Assembly: GCA_965240325.2 (NCBI GenBank)
Contig: OZ251224.1
Location: forward strand, 4,154,001-4,218,000
Reading direction: 5' to 3'
Length of the DNA: 64,000 nt
From: Rebecca billardiae RCC1528
Lineage: Eukaryota; Protista; Haptophyta
Positions 12,431 through 22,589 of this stretch are shown here, piece by piece. The stretch's first letter is position 1. Each line of letters opens with the position of its first letter. Under the pieces are notes generated by a model. That model was not told the origin of the DNA. It ran no database searches and saw only the letters and a list, made by a program, of their open reading frames with translations. The translations under genes were made by a program, and so were the position numbers.

Positions 12431-13895
12431 GTCCGCGCTCGGCCGCGCCGCGCAGCTGCAGACGGCGGACGGCGCGGAGGGCGGCGGCGCGCGCGCGCTC
12501 CGCGCGGCCGGCCTCGCGCGCGCGCCGCCGGGCGAGTCAGTGCTCGCCGCGGCCGCCGCGCGCGCGGACGGCGCCAGCAGCGCGCTCGCGCGCTCCGCGG
12601 CCGCGCTGCGCGCGTCGCGACCCGGGCGCGCGGGCGCCGGCGGGCTGCTCGGCGCCGCCGCGGACAGGGCGCCGCCGCCGCTGCTCGCGCTCCCGTCGCC
12701 GCCCGCGTTCGCGCCGCCGAGCGCGGCCGACGCGGCGCGCGGCCGGCCGGCGCGCGCGCGCACGTTCAGTGACACGCCCGACGCGCACTCCGCCGCCGCG
12801 GCGGTGCCGCCGGCGGCGGCGCAGCCCGTGAGCGCGCCGGGCGCGGTGGGCGCGGCGGACGGCGCTCTGCTGCTGCGCGCGGGCGCGGCCGCTGGGCTGC
12901 CCGCGCGGCTTGCTCGGCTCGTGTGCGCAGGCAAGCGCGCGCGCACCGCACCGCACCGCACCGCACCGCACCGCACCGCACCGCACCGCACCGCACCGCA
13001 CCGCACCGCACCGCACCGCACCGCACCGCACCGCACCGCACCGCACCGCACCGCGCGCGAGCGCACCGCGCGCGCCACCGAGAGGCCGGAGACGCGCCGC
13101 CGTGCGCCGCGCCGCCGTGCCATGAGCCGCCCCGCCCCGCCCCGCGCGCCCGCCCCCCCCTCTCCCGCGCTCGCGCGCGCGCCTGGCGCCGCGTGCGCAG
13201 GCGCCAGCTTCTATGCGGTGCTCGGCCCAGCCGACCCCGAGCGCGCGCAGCCCCAGGAGGGCGAGGGCGGCGGCGCGCCGCCCCCGTCCGCGCCGTCCGC
13301 GCCGCTCGCGCGCGCCACGTTCCTGTGGGTCACGCCCGCGCTGGACACGCTGCACTGGGCGGCGGAGGAGGGCGGCGGCGCCAAGCCGGGCGCGCCGCGC
13401 GCCGACGCGGACGGCGCGCCGCAGCAGCGGCGGCACGGCTCGACGCCGACGGCGCACATCCGAGCCGTGCAGCGCGGGGGCTGGCACGGAGCGCCGCCCG
13501 CCGGCGCGCCCGCGCCCGCCGACCTCTACGGCGCCAAGAACTGCGGCTGGCAGCTCGCGCTGCCCGGGGGGCAGGCGGTGCGGCTGCTCGCGCAGGACAA
13601 CGCGCAGCGCGAGGACTGGGTGACAGCGCTCACGCTCGTCTCAAAGGCGAGCGCGCGCGGGATGCTGCCGCGCGCGCAGCCGCGGGGCGGCGCCGCGCCC
13701 GCCGGACGCGCCCAGCCGGCGGACGCGCCGGCGCAGCCGAGCGGCGGCGGCGCGCAGCCGGCGCCGCCGCCTGGCCTCGGCGCCGCGCCGCTGCCGCCGC
13801 CAGATGCGGCCGCGCACTCTCCGCGCGGCGCGCAGGGCGTGGCCTCGCCAGCAGCCGGCGGCGCGAGCCATCGCGCGGTCGACCTGTACGTGTGA
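6239..13895 (+). CDS. Large Sec7-domain Arf guanine-nucleotide exchange factor with PH domain, coiled coil and a C-terminal PH-like domain; predicted exons 6239-11764, 11883-12930, 13201-13895
   Basis: Sec7 motifs LRVEAQKLARILEAFARRYHACNP (glutamic finger kept) and AYSLLMLNTDAHNDKVRHKMS (~9170-9340). PH follows (YGWLLKQNRRKVGWKWRFVLL...LYVYK...FEAAD...QWLTAI). C-terminal PH-like segment FLWVTPALDTLHW...VRLLAQDNAQREDWVTAL. Introns join ORFs 6227..12046 and 11430..13895. Confidence 0.85.
11765..11882 (+). other. GT-AG intron (118 nt) in the Sec7 gene
   Basis: CGG|GTGCGT ... GCTCAC ... GCGCAG|GCG switches frame into ATEMRRTLSEVEGALK, a coiled-coil-like continuation. Confidence 0.8.
12931..13200 (+). 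other. Probable GC-AG intron (270 nt) containing a (CCGCA)n microsatellite
   Basis: CAG|GCAAGC donor and GTGCGCAG| acceptor; removal gives VCAGASFYAVLG and deletes the RTAPH repeat peptide. Confidence 0.65.
12943..13053 (+). repeat. (CCGCA)n pentanucleotide microsatellite, ~22 units
   Basis: Perfect run of ccgca visible in the sequence. Confidence 0.97.
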
Positions 13896-14194
13896 GCACG
13901 CTGCTGTGGACTCTGATGTCTGATTGATGAGACGACTGACATCGTATATAGTCGGCGCAGCGGCCGCGCTGTTATTCTTAGCAGCAGTAGATGATGAATT
14001 CATCGTCAACAGCAGCAGTAGCAGCTATAGCAGCGCCGATCGATCGATCTGCATGCAGCACTACGACGAGCGCCGATCTGCGCCGCCCAGCGGCGACTCC
14101 GATCCCGGTAGCGTGCAGATCGAGTAGTAGTCGTGGACGAATAAACTTTAATCAGCAGCGGCGGCGGCGCGGCAGTGCCCGTGGCGCGCCTTCC

Positions 14195-15451
14195 TCAGCG
14201 CGACTGACCCCACCTGATGAGCACCACGTCTCCACCGTCGAGAGCAGCCCCCCTGCCCTCTGTGCGCACGCTCCCGGCGTCCTTTGCGGATGCAAAGCTG
14301 CCGTGCTGGAGCAGCGCCGAAGCGTGCGCAACCTCTGCACAGACGAAGCCCCTCGCAATGTCACCGTGGATCCTCTGCGCAAGCGCCTCCGCCGTGAGGC
14401 CTCCGCGCGAGAGGTGCGCGCGCGTGGTCCGCGAGCGCTCAGGAGGCACGCCTGGCCCCGTGTACACGAGCTGCAAGCGGAGCATCTCCATGGCCGCCAG
14501 GGGCAGCACGTGCGTGCACAGCAGCCGGTCGAGCTGCTCCCCCGCCTCCAGCTGCGCGCCGAGGCCGTCCAGGAACTCGCGCTGCGCGGAGGGGCTGAGG
14601 GGAGAGAGCTCCGCCTCGAGCTTTGCGCTCACGATGGCAAAGCGATCCGTCGCGGGGTCGGTGTGTGCGATGGCGCCAAAGAGCTCGCGCGCCGTGTCCA
14701 CGGCCGCCTCGCGGCAGAGCAAGAAGTCGGCCTCGTCCACGTTGAACGCGTAGCACACGGGCTTGAGCGTGAGGAGCCCCATCGACTTGATCGCGAGCGT
14801 GGCCGCTGGCGAGAGCCCGGCCGAGCGCGCCGGCAGTCCCGACTGCAGCGCCGCGACGGCTGCCTCCAGGGCAGCCCGCTCCTCGCCCGCGCAGCTGGTC
14901 TTGCCGAGTCGTCTCTCCGCATGCGCGAGGTCTGCGAGGATGAGCTCGAGGTTGACCACCTCGGCGTCGCAGACCGGGTCGACTCGCCCGTCCACGTGGA
15001 TCGTGCCGCCGTCCTCGAACGTACGGACCACGTGAACGATCGCGTCACACTCGCGCACAGCTGCCAGGAAGCGGTTGCCGAGCCCCTCGCCTCTACTCGC
15101 CCCCTTCACGAGCCCCGCAACATCCACCCAGGGGAGAATTGCCGGCACCGTGCGCGTGCTGCGAGCCATGGCCCCGAGAGGGACGAGGTATTCATCGGGC
15201 ACGGCCACGGGAGCGACATTCGGCTCGATTGTGCAGAAGGGGAAGTTTGCAGCCTGGGCGACAGACTTGCGGGCGATGGCGTTGACGAGCGTCGACTTGC
15301 CCACGTTGGGCAGCCCGATGATGGCCACTTTCATCGTGGTCGGCGGCCGTCGATGGCCTCCCCCCAGCTGGTGGCGGCACACGATCGGCTGATGCGGGTG
15401 ACCATGCTGGTGGCATGCTGCCGCAACCGCTAGGATGAGCCTCGTCAGCAT
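14195..15451 (-). CDS. ychF: YchF/OLA1 Obg-like ATPase with N-terminal signal/transit-like extension
   Basis: GLPNVGKST, ANFPFCTIEPN, DVAGLVKGASRGEGLGNRFL, YchF-type G4 YAFNVDE, TGS-like end (IHGDIARGFVCAEV...GSVRTEGR...GDVVLIRW). About 39 extra residues starting MLTRLILAVAAAC precede the conserved MKVAIIG. Confidence 0.93.
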   Translation of the reverse strand: MLTRLILAVAAACHQHGHPHQPIVCRHQLGGGHRRPPTTMKVAIIGLPNVGKSTLVNAIARKSVAQAANFPFCTIEPNVAPVAVPDEYLVPLGAMARSTRTVPAILPWVDVAGLVKGASRGEGLGNRFLAAVRECDAIVHVVRTFEDGGTIHVDGRVDPVCDAEVVNLELILADLAHAERRLGKTSCAGEERAALEAAVAALQSGLPARSAGLSPAATLAIKSMGLLTLKPVCYAFNVDEADFLLCREAAVDTARELFGAIAHTDPATDRFAIVSAKLEAELSPLSPSAQREFLDGLGAQLEAGEQLDRLLCTHVLPLAAMEMLRLQLVYTGPGVPPERSRTTRAHLSRGGLTAEALAQRIHGDIARGFVCAEVAHASALLQHGSFASAKDAGSVRTEGRGAALDGGDVVLIRWGQSR

Positions 15452-16216
15452 GTTGGCCCTACCCCATTGGCGTCCGATCGGAAGGCAGCCTCGGTGGCGG
15501 CGCGAATCTGATGATCAAGTTCATCAAGACAGTTTACTGTACAGTTTACTATGATTTAACGTGCACTCACTTGGTTAGGCGTGATTAACCCCATCCAACA
15601 CTGCACAAAGACACCGCCACAAAACAGACCGGCGCAGGCAGGTGAGGGGCGCGTTGCCGCACCTCATCGAGGCGGCCATTGCAGCAAGCGGTCGCCCCGC
15701 GCTCGGAGGCACGCGCTCGAGAGCGCGCTCTGACACCACACGGGGAGGGTGCTGCACCTGGATGTTGTATCCCAGCCACCTCGAGAGTGCAGCCACGCCA
15801 AACACCTGCCTGGCTGCCTGCGCTGTGAGCGACGCCGCGTCGACTGATCCGTGTGATCGAATTCGAGCCCCAGCCGTTGAAGCGGCCAGCGGGAAGAACT
15901 GGAAGATGAAGGGTGGGCAGGTCCACATGCCCGGCGTAAACTGCGCGCTGCTCGCCCGCGGAGGCAAGCAGCGCACCCACAGTAGTGGAAACTACTTAAA
16001 GTAAACAAATGCCGGGGCGGGCGGCGGACTGGCTGGCGGAGTGGCGGAGCCAGTCTGACTCTTGAGTCTGGCCTGTGGCACACGGCCTGTGGCCAGACGG
16101 CTGGGCAGGCAGCCCTGGCACTGGAGTCGTCGTCCACACGGCACGACGGCGGCGGCAAGAAGCCCGCCAGAAGCGCATCGCGATGACGTCGCCACAGCAG
16201 TTGCGACAGCGCGTCA

Positions 16217-17281
16217 TCAGTCATCGTCGAGGTCCTCGATGCTGCTGCCGTCAGTGTCGCCGCCGCCGCCGCCCACAGCACCGTGTCCGTGTCCGCCCTC
16301 GGCATCGGCATGGCCAACGTCGGAGCCGCCGGCAGCCATCAGCACGACCTGCTGCTGCTCGCTGCCGTCGTCACCCACCCGCTCGACAATTGCACCACCG
16401 CCGCGACCCGCCGCCCCGTTGGCGCCGCGCTCGCCCTGCAAGGCGCCGCCGGTGCCGCCGCCCGCGCCCGCGCCGGGCGGTTGTGGCGCGGCCGCCGGTG
16501 CCGCCGGCAGCATGTACTCAGTGTATGGCAGCTGCGGCACGCCGTTCACGAGGACCACCGCCTTGGTGAGCGCGCCTGGGTTCACGGGCTCGCGATGCCC
16601 CACGCCCAGCGCGATGGACTGCACCGGCGCCACCGGCATTGCCGGCAGCACGGGTGCAGCAGGCCCGGTCGCCCCCTGGGCCGCGCTTGGCGCCGGTGTG
16701 CAGCTGATGGCGTCGGTGCTGACCACAGGGAGGGCCGACGCGTCGGGCGCGGCGGGCGAGAAGTGGCGCCGCGCGAGCTTGATCATGCCCGGCAGCTGGT
16801 GCTCGCCGCATCGGCTTGCGCTCTCGTCGCCAGGCAGCGCCCTGGACGCGCGCCGCGCGCAGCCGGGCTTGCAGCAGACCTTCCGGATGTGGTAGTGGGC
16901 GACCATGTCAGGCAGCCGGTGCGCGGCGCACCGCGTGCGCCCCTCGTTGGGCATGCTCCACATGGCGGTCGTAGTGCATCCGGGCCTTACACAGACGCGG
17001 CGCGTGAGGTTGATCATGCCCGGCAGCTGGTGCTTGCTGCACCGAACTGGGCGTTCGCCTGACATGCCAAACGACGACTGCTTGAGGCAGCCGGACGCAG
17101 CACACGTGCGGCCCGGAGTTCTGAGGCAGGTCATGCCCGGCTTTCTATGCGCGAGGCACAAGCTTGGTCGTAACTGGTCACGCCAACCCCACGTGGGCCG
17201 CGCGCTGCAGCCGTCCTCCGCGCACTCCCGCCATTCTGCCGTCTCAGCGGTCTCTCCCGCCAAGGGAGTCTCTCCCGCCAT
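16217..17281 (-). CDS. Protein with four EsV-1-7-type cysteine-rich repeats and a low-complexity C-terminus
   Basis: Four C-x4-C-x~16-C-x2-H-x3-(G/D)M units, e.g. CAASGCLKQSSFGMSGERPVRCSKHQLPGMINL. Confidence 0.75.
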   Translation of the reverse strand: MAGETPLAGETAETAEWRECAEDGCSARPTWGWRDQLRPSLCLAHRKPGMTCLRTPGRTCAASGCLKQSSFGMSGERPVRCSKHQLPGMINLTRRVCVRPGCTTTAMWSMPNEGRTRCAAHRLPDMVAHYHIRKVCCKPGCARRASRALPGDESASRCGEHQLPGMIKLARRHFSPAAPDASALPVVSTDAISCTPAPSAAQGATGPAAPVLPAMPVAPVQSIALGVGHREPVNPGALTKAVVLVNGVPQLPYTEYMLPAAPAAAPQPPGAGAGGGTGGALQGERGANGAAGRGGGAIVERVGDDGSEQQQVVLMAAGGSDVGHADAEGGHGHGAVGGGGGDTDGSSIEDLDDD

Positions 17282-17678
17282 GCGTTGCGTACTGCGTTCG
17301 TTTGGCGCGGACGCCGGACCCTGGCCGAGCCGGACACCGCGAGATGACCACTGTCCACTCCGAGTCTCCGATTATTGCTGGTTTGATTGGGCCCTTCGGA
17401 GCGCCGCAATAGGCAATGGCTGCATCATCGACGGACCTTGCGCGGCACTAGCCAGATAACAAGATATCGACATCACTGCTCGAAGTGCCTCGAACGATTG
17501 CCTACCGTCTCGGGCCGCGCCCGCGCCAGTCGGACTTACAGTACTCCAAAATGGGAGTAAGTAGAATTCTAACGTGGCCCCGAGTAGTGGCAGAAAGTGA
17601 TTCGGACGCACACGAGACGGATGCCTCGGGCCGCATGCGGCGCTGTGCGCGCCGAGCTCGCGATCCGCTGCCACCCGA

Positions 17679-18062
17679 TTACTCCACGTCCGCGATGGTC
17701 ACCTCCACGTCGACCCCCGGCTCGATCGAGATGGACGTGATCTGCTTGACAATCTCGCTCGGCGAGTGAAGGTCGATCAGCCGCTTGTGGATGCGCATCT
17801 CGAAGCGGTCCCACGTGTTGGTGCCCTCACCGCACGGCGACTTGCGCGTGGTGATGCGCAGGTGCTTCGTGGGCAGGCGCACAGGGCCCTTCACCTTGAG
17901 GCGCTTCTCCTTGGCGCCGCGGATGAGGTCGTTGCACACCTTCTCGAGGTTCTGCACGTTGCGCGAGGTCAGCGTGATGCGGATGCGGTGCACCTTCATC
18001 TCGGCACCGTCATCCATCATCTTCGCCTTAAGCGGGTTCGCAGGGGTGGCGGCGGCCTCCAT
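17679..18062 (-). CDS. RPS20: 40S ribosomal protein S20 (uS10)
   Basis: [19 protein letters not shown]...[71 protein letters not shown] at 18062. Probable 5'-UTR intron 18068-18293 (CAG|GTACG ... TTTCAG|). Confidence 0.97.
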   Translation of the reverse strand: MEAAATPANPLKAKMMDDGAEMKVHRIRITLTSRNVQNLEKVCNDLIRGAKEKRLKVKGPVRLPTKHLRITTRKSPCGEGTNTWDRFEMRIHKRLIDLHSPSEIVKQITSISIEPGVDVEVTIADVE

Positions 18063-18545
18063 GATATCTGAAAGAGCTTGACTTGGGGCGAGCTGCACGT
18101 GCGGCGCGGGGGCGTGGTGCGAACCGGGCGGACCAGCGGCGCGCGTGTGAGCGCTCGCGCAAGGCCGAGAGAGGCACGGCGGGGCCGAAACGTGGAGGGC
18201 ATATGCGCCGCCCAGCGAACGCCCCGCTCACTGCCCAGCCACGCCGAGAGCGGAATGGCGAGCGAGCTCCGTGCCCGAGGCGCGCGCCCGTACCTGACTG
18301 TCTGCACGCTGCTGTGCTGAGTGCACTCGCCGCAAGGTTTGCGGAGTGCAGACACGTGGCTGAAAGCAGCACGCACGGCCACGATGGCGGCGGGGGCCGC
18401 CATCTTTTCCAAGCTTGCCATTATTCCGCGGGGGGGGCACGCCCGGATTTAACCGTGCCGCCCCCGCGGCTTTGTGCAACCAAGGGGTCTTACAAATAAG
18501 TAAATAACCCACGTTTTTAAAGTCTCCTTGGTGCAACATCAAGGC

Positions 18546-19661
18546 CGACGAATCAGGAGACCCGCGTCGTCCTACCTCTGTGTCGTTAAATCATAGAATG
18601 AGTCCGGAGTCCTACATGGCGACGCTCGCATGGACGACCTCGACGTGACTGCGCTGCTGCCCGAGGGGCTGTCGGATCGTTGGGTGCGCCTCTACGTCCG
18701 CCTTTGGCGTGACGCAGCAAGGCTCACCGCCGCCGACGGCCTCCCGCGCGCGGTGCACATCTCCCTCCTGCCAGATGGGAGTGTCCGTCTGACGGTGTCT
18801 GTGCGTCCGCCTGATGCGCAAGGGCCTGATGCTTCTCCACAGGGAACCCCCGCTGGTGGCAGCCAGCGGCGCGAGGGAGGTGGTGGCGCGCCTTCTAAAG
18901 CTCCCCTGCATCCCGCCCCGCGCCGAGCGCGCAAGTCGGCTCCGCCGGCGCGCCCGCTCGCCGCGCAGGGCTCGGGTACTGGAGTGCAGGCTGCAAACGG
19001 CGAGCAGCAGCACTCTCAGAAGCGGAAGAAGAAGCCTCGGCGCGGGAAGCGCGGGCCTCGGCGTGACGCGCAGGGCAGGCGGATTCGATCTCCATCGAGC
19101 CGCCGCACCTCGTCGCGGCGCGCCGTCGAGAAACGCCAGGAGCGCAAGGCGGCGCGGCTGGCGGCCTCTCTGCCCGCAGCACCTGCGCCTGCTCCAGCTG
19201 CTGTCCCCCACGCGGACCGAGACTCGTCCATGGACGACGACTCGGACGACGAGGATGCGCAGCAGTCCGGGGCAAAGCGTACCCTGCACGCCGCAGCAGC
19301 GCCAGCCGCCGCCAGCAAGCCAGCTGAGCAGAGCGGCAAGCGCGCACGCGGCCGCGCAGGGCACACGGGGACGACTACATCACCGCCGGATCACCCGCCA
19401 GGGCCCAGCGGCTGAGACGGCCGTCTGACATCCGGACCTGCACCCTCGCCCTCGCTCGGGGCACAGCAGGTCCATGCGAGCCGCGCAGCGCAGGTGGATC
19501 GCGCTCCAGCAGCTCAAGGCCGCGCTCAAGCCATTCGATCGCGGTTCAGGCTATGCTCTGCCACCAGCGCCGACTTCGTGTCGTCGACGATCGGGCACTG
19601 CCGACGACGAATCAGGAGACCTGCGCCGTCCTACCTGTGTCGTTAAATCATAGAATGAGTC
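18546..19661 (+). repeat. Direct repeat pair GACGAATCAGGAGAC...TGTGTCGTTAAATCATAGAATGAGTC (~18546-18605 and ~19605-19661); diverged copies near 19728-19780 and 27106-27148
   Basis: Aligned by eye; the first two copies differ by a few substitutions and a 2-nt indel. Confidence 0.85.
18630..19415 (+). CDS. Hypothetical basic/acidic protein flanked by ~55-bp direct repeats, possibly element-encoded
   Basis: 261-aa ORF with a globular-looking N-terminus (LSDRWVRLYVRLWRD...VHISLLPDGSVRLTVSV), KRKKKPRRGKR basic patch and DDDSDDED acidic patch; family not recognised. Confidence 0.45.
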   Translation: MDDLDVTALLPEGLSDRWVRLYVRLWRDAARLTAADGLPRAVHISLLPDGSVRLTVSVRPPDAQGPDASPQGTPAGGSQRREGGGGAPSKAPLHPAPRRARKSAPPARPLAAQGSGTGVQAANGEQQHSQKRKKKPRRGKRGPRRDAQGRRIRSPSSRRTSSRRAVEKRQERKAARLAASLPAAPAPAPAAVPHADRDSSMDDDSDDEDAQQSGAKRTLHAAAAPAAASKPAEQSGKRARGRAGHTGTTTSPPDHPPGPSG

Positions 19662-20344
19662 ACGACTCCCTCACCCGCGGCCAACGCGCTCCGACATCCT
19701 CCATTAACTCCATTCAGTACTTCGACAGACGAATCAGGGACGGTATTTTTCTCTCGTCTGAAGCCTGCATATTTAAAACACGAAGCCGGTCGAAGCGGCA
19801 CGAAGCCGGTTCTGCCGCGGGGCCGCCGGGGCGGCGGATCGCGCAGGCCGCGCGAGCAACGATCCCCGCCGTCTCCGCCTTCATGCGAGGCGCGAGAGCG
19901 GCCGATGCGGATGGTGGAGTCTCTGCCTCCGCGTATAAGACACCTGACCCTGTCCGCCCCGCTGACCAGGAGCCGCGCGGCAGCCGGCTCAACGGCGGCG
20001 CGGCGGTGGCGCCAACCGAATACGGCTGCGCCGGCTCGGCTGCGAGTTCGCCATCTTCCACGAAGACACGAACGCGGAGACAGCTGGCATGATGAGGAGG
20101 AGGGCGAAGATGATGTCTTGCTTCGATACGCCTCTCGCGGATTGGACCATGCTCAGCATGGTTACGTGCTCGGGCGCAAGCGCATCCAGTCCCTGCTGAG
20201 GCTGTACGGTTCCGGCAGCAAGCGGACGAGGTGGGGCGGTGCGAGCGCGATGCTGAGGCGAGCGGCAGCGCCCCTTCCAACTCGGATGCCATCAGGAGCT
20301 GTCTGCGCGACCGCGACGTCGAAGACTCAGCGGACAACCGGGCC

Positions 20345-20890
20345 ACGGTAGTGGTAGCGCGGGTGAGATCACACTCACAGCCACGCCCAGGCTGTCGGCG
20401 GGCAGACCGTGCGCGGCGCGGCTGCGCGGAGCCCTGCGATGCCACTTCTCGCTGGCTCGCGGCTACAGTCGGCTGCGTGGACTGATGCTAGTAGCGGGTG
20501 TGTGTGGAGGGCTAGCCCGCCCGCGGTGGTGGTGGTAGCGCGTGTGACATCACAGCCGCGCCCAGGGCAGCAGGGCTGTCGAGTGCCGGGCGGGCCAGGC
20601 GATCGCATGCTATTGTAATTGCTGCGCAGCTGCGACACTGCTGGCTCGCGGCCACAATTGGCCGCCGACAAGGGCGCGCGAGGGCTGGTTTCAATACTAG
20701 CAGCGGTTTGCGCGTGCGTGCGTGCGTAGCCTCTGCGCCTTTGCGCCGCAGGGCTCGGCTCAAGCCGGTGGTGAGGGTAGCGCGGGTGAGATCACAGCCG
20801 CGCCCAGTGGCTCAGCTCGGCTGGCGCGCGGCGGCGCCGAGCCGTGCGACGCTGCTCGGTGTCAGGCTGCACTCACGGCCGGAATCGGCC
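20345..20890 (+). repeat. Three degenerate ~180-240-bp units sharing GGTAGCGCG(G/T)GTGA(G/C)ATCACA...GCC(A/G)CGCCCAG
   Basis: Anchor motif at ~20351, ~20532 and ~20776. Confidence 0.7.
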
Positions 20891-21470
20891 GCCGGCGAGG
20901 GCGCACGAGGGCCCAATAGACACGCCCCGGCCCAGGCACGCCCCGGTCTGCCTCAAGCTGCTGGTGGTCTGCCTCCAGGTGCTGCACCATGCACCAGCTC
21001 GGCGGGCTGCGGCCGCGCGGCGGCGCCGAGAGCGGCTACGCGGGGACGGGGACGGGGAGCCGGCGGTGGTGGCGGGAGCTGGGACCAACGAGCGGGCACG
21101 CAAGCTCACGAGCGGGCCACGCCGGGGCGGGCGCGCGACCACGAGCGGGCCCATGCAGGGGCGGGCCAGGGGCGGAGGCGCCGGGTGGCGGGAACCGGGA
21201 TCCGCCATTTTTTTGCTCTTGCAGGCGCGCGCGCGTGGCGCTGGTCCGGGCGCTCGCTGCTCGGTCCGGCAGCCCGCTTCTGCGCGCTTCAGAACGGCTT
21301 CAGCCGGGGCTGAAGCCGTATGTGGGCAAAGACGAGATGAGACAGCCTCACACCTTGAAAACCCGCGGCGCAGCCGCCACTTGGAGGACGGTCCGAACCT
21401 GGAGGACGGTTTTGGACTTTTTCCAGGCCGATCCTGGAGGATCGGCGCCAGTCCTTGAGGATCGGCCTCC

Positions 21471-22465
21471 AGCGAGTCCTCCAGGATGCGCCAGCGAGTC
21501 CTTCAGGATGCGCAGCGAGTCCTCCAGGATGCGCCAGCGAGTCCTCCAGGATGCGCAGCGAGTCCTCCAGGATGCGCCAGCGAGTCCTCCAGGATGTGCC
21601 AGCGAGTCCTCCAGGATGCGCCAGCGAGTCCTCCAGGATGCGCCAGCGAGTCCTCCAGGATGCGCAGCGAGTCCTCCAGGATGCGCCAGCGAGTCCTCCA
21701 GGATGCGCAGCGAGTCCTCCAGGATGCGCCAGCGAGTCCTCCAGGATGCGCCAGCGAGTCCTCCAGGATGCGCCAGCGAGTCCTCCAGGATGCGCAGCGA
21801 GTCCTCCAGGATGCGCAGCGAGTCCTCCAGGATGCGCCAGCGAGTCCTCCAGGATGCGCCAGCGAGTCCTCCAGGATGCGCCAGCGAGTCCTCCAGGATG
21901 CGCAGCGAGTCCTCCAGGATGCGCCAGCGAGTCCTCCAGGATGTGCCAGCGAGTCCTCCAGGATGCGCCAGCGAGTCCTCCAGGATGCGCCAGCGAGTCC
22001 TCCAGGATTCGCAGCGAGTCCTCCAGGATGCGCCAGCGAGTCCTCCAGGATGCGCAGCGAGTCCTCCAGGATGCGCCAGCGAGTCCTCCAGGATGCGCCA
22101 GCGAGTCCTCCAGGATGCGCCAGCGAGTCCTCCAGGATGCGCAGCGAGTCCTCCAGGATGCGCCAGCGAGTCCTCCAGGATGCGCAGCGAGTCCTCCAGG
22201 ATGCGCCAGCGAGTCCTCCAGGATGCGCCAGCGAGTCCTCCAGGATGCGCAGCGAGTCCTCCAGGATGCGCCAGCGAGTCCTCCAGGATGCGCCAGCGAG
22301 TCCTCCAGGATGCGCCAGCGAGTCCTCCAGGATGCGCAGCGAGTCCTCCGGGATGCGCCAGCAGCGAGTCCTCCAGGATGCGCCAGCGAGTCCTCCAGGA
22401 TACGCAGCGAGTCCTCCACCCCTCCAGGATGCGCCAGCGAGTCAGCCTTCAGGATGCGCCAGCCA
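21471..22465 (+). repeat. Minisatellite of 22/21-bp units AGCGAGTCCTCCAGGATGCGC(C), ~45 copies
   Basis: Near-perfect tandem units without spacers; units differ mainly by one C. Confidence 0.97.
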
Positions 22466-22589
22466 ATCTTGTGGGTGTACGATGCACCGCCGTCTCCTGC
22501 AGAATGCGCCAGCCGTACTCGCAGATTCTTGATCCAGCCTGCGCGCGCGGATAGCGCGAGCGAGCGTGGCATTGGGCGCCGACGCGGGT

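Noticed and set aside
21471-22465. CRISPR-like array or repeat-protein ORFs (20989..22554, 21289..22572 and others)
   Set aside because: Units are contiguous with no unique spacers and no cas genes. Frames are open only because the unit lacks stop codons.
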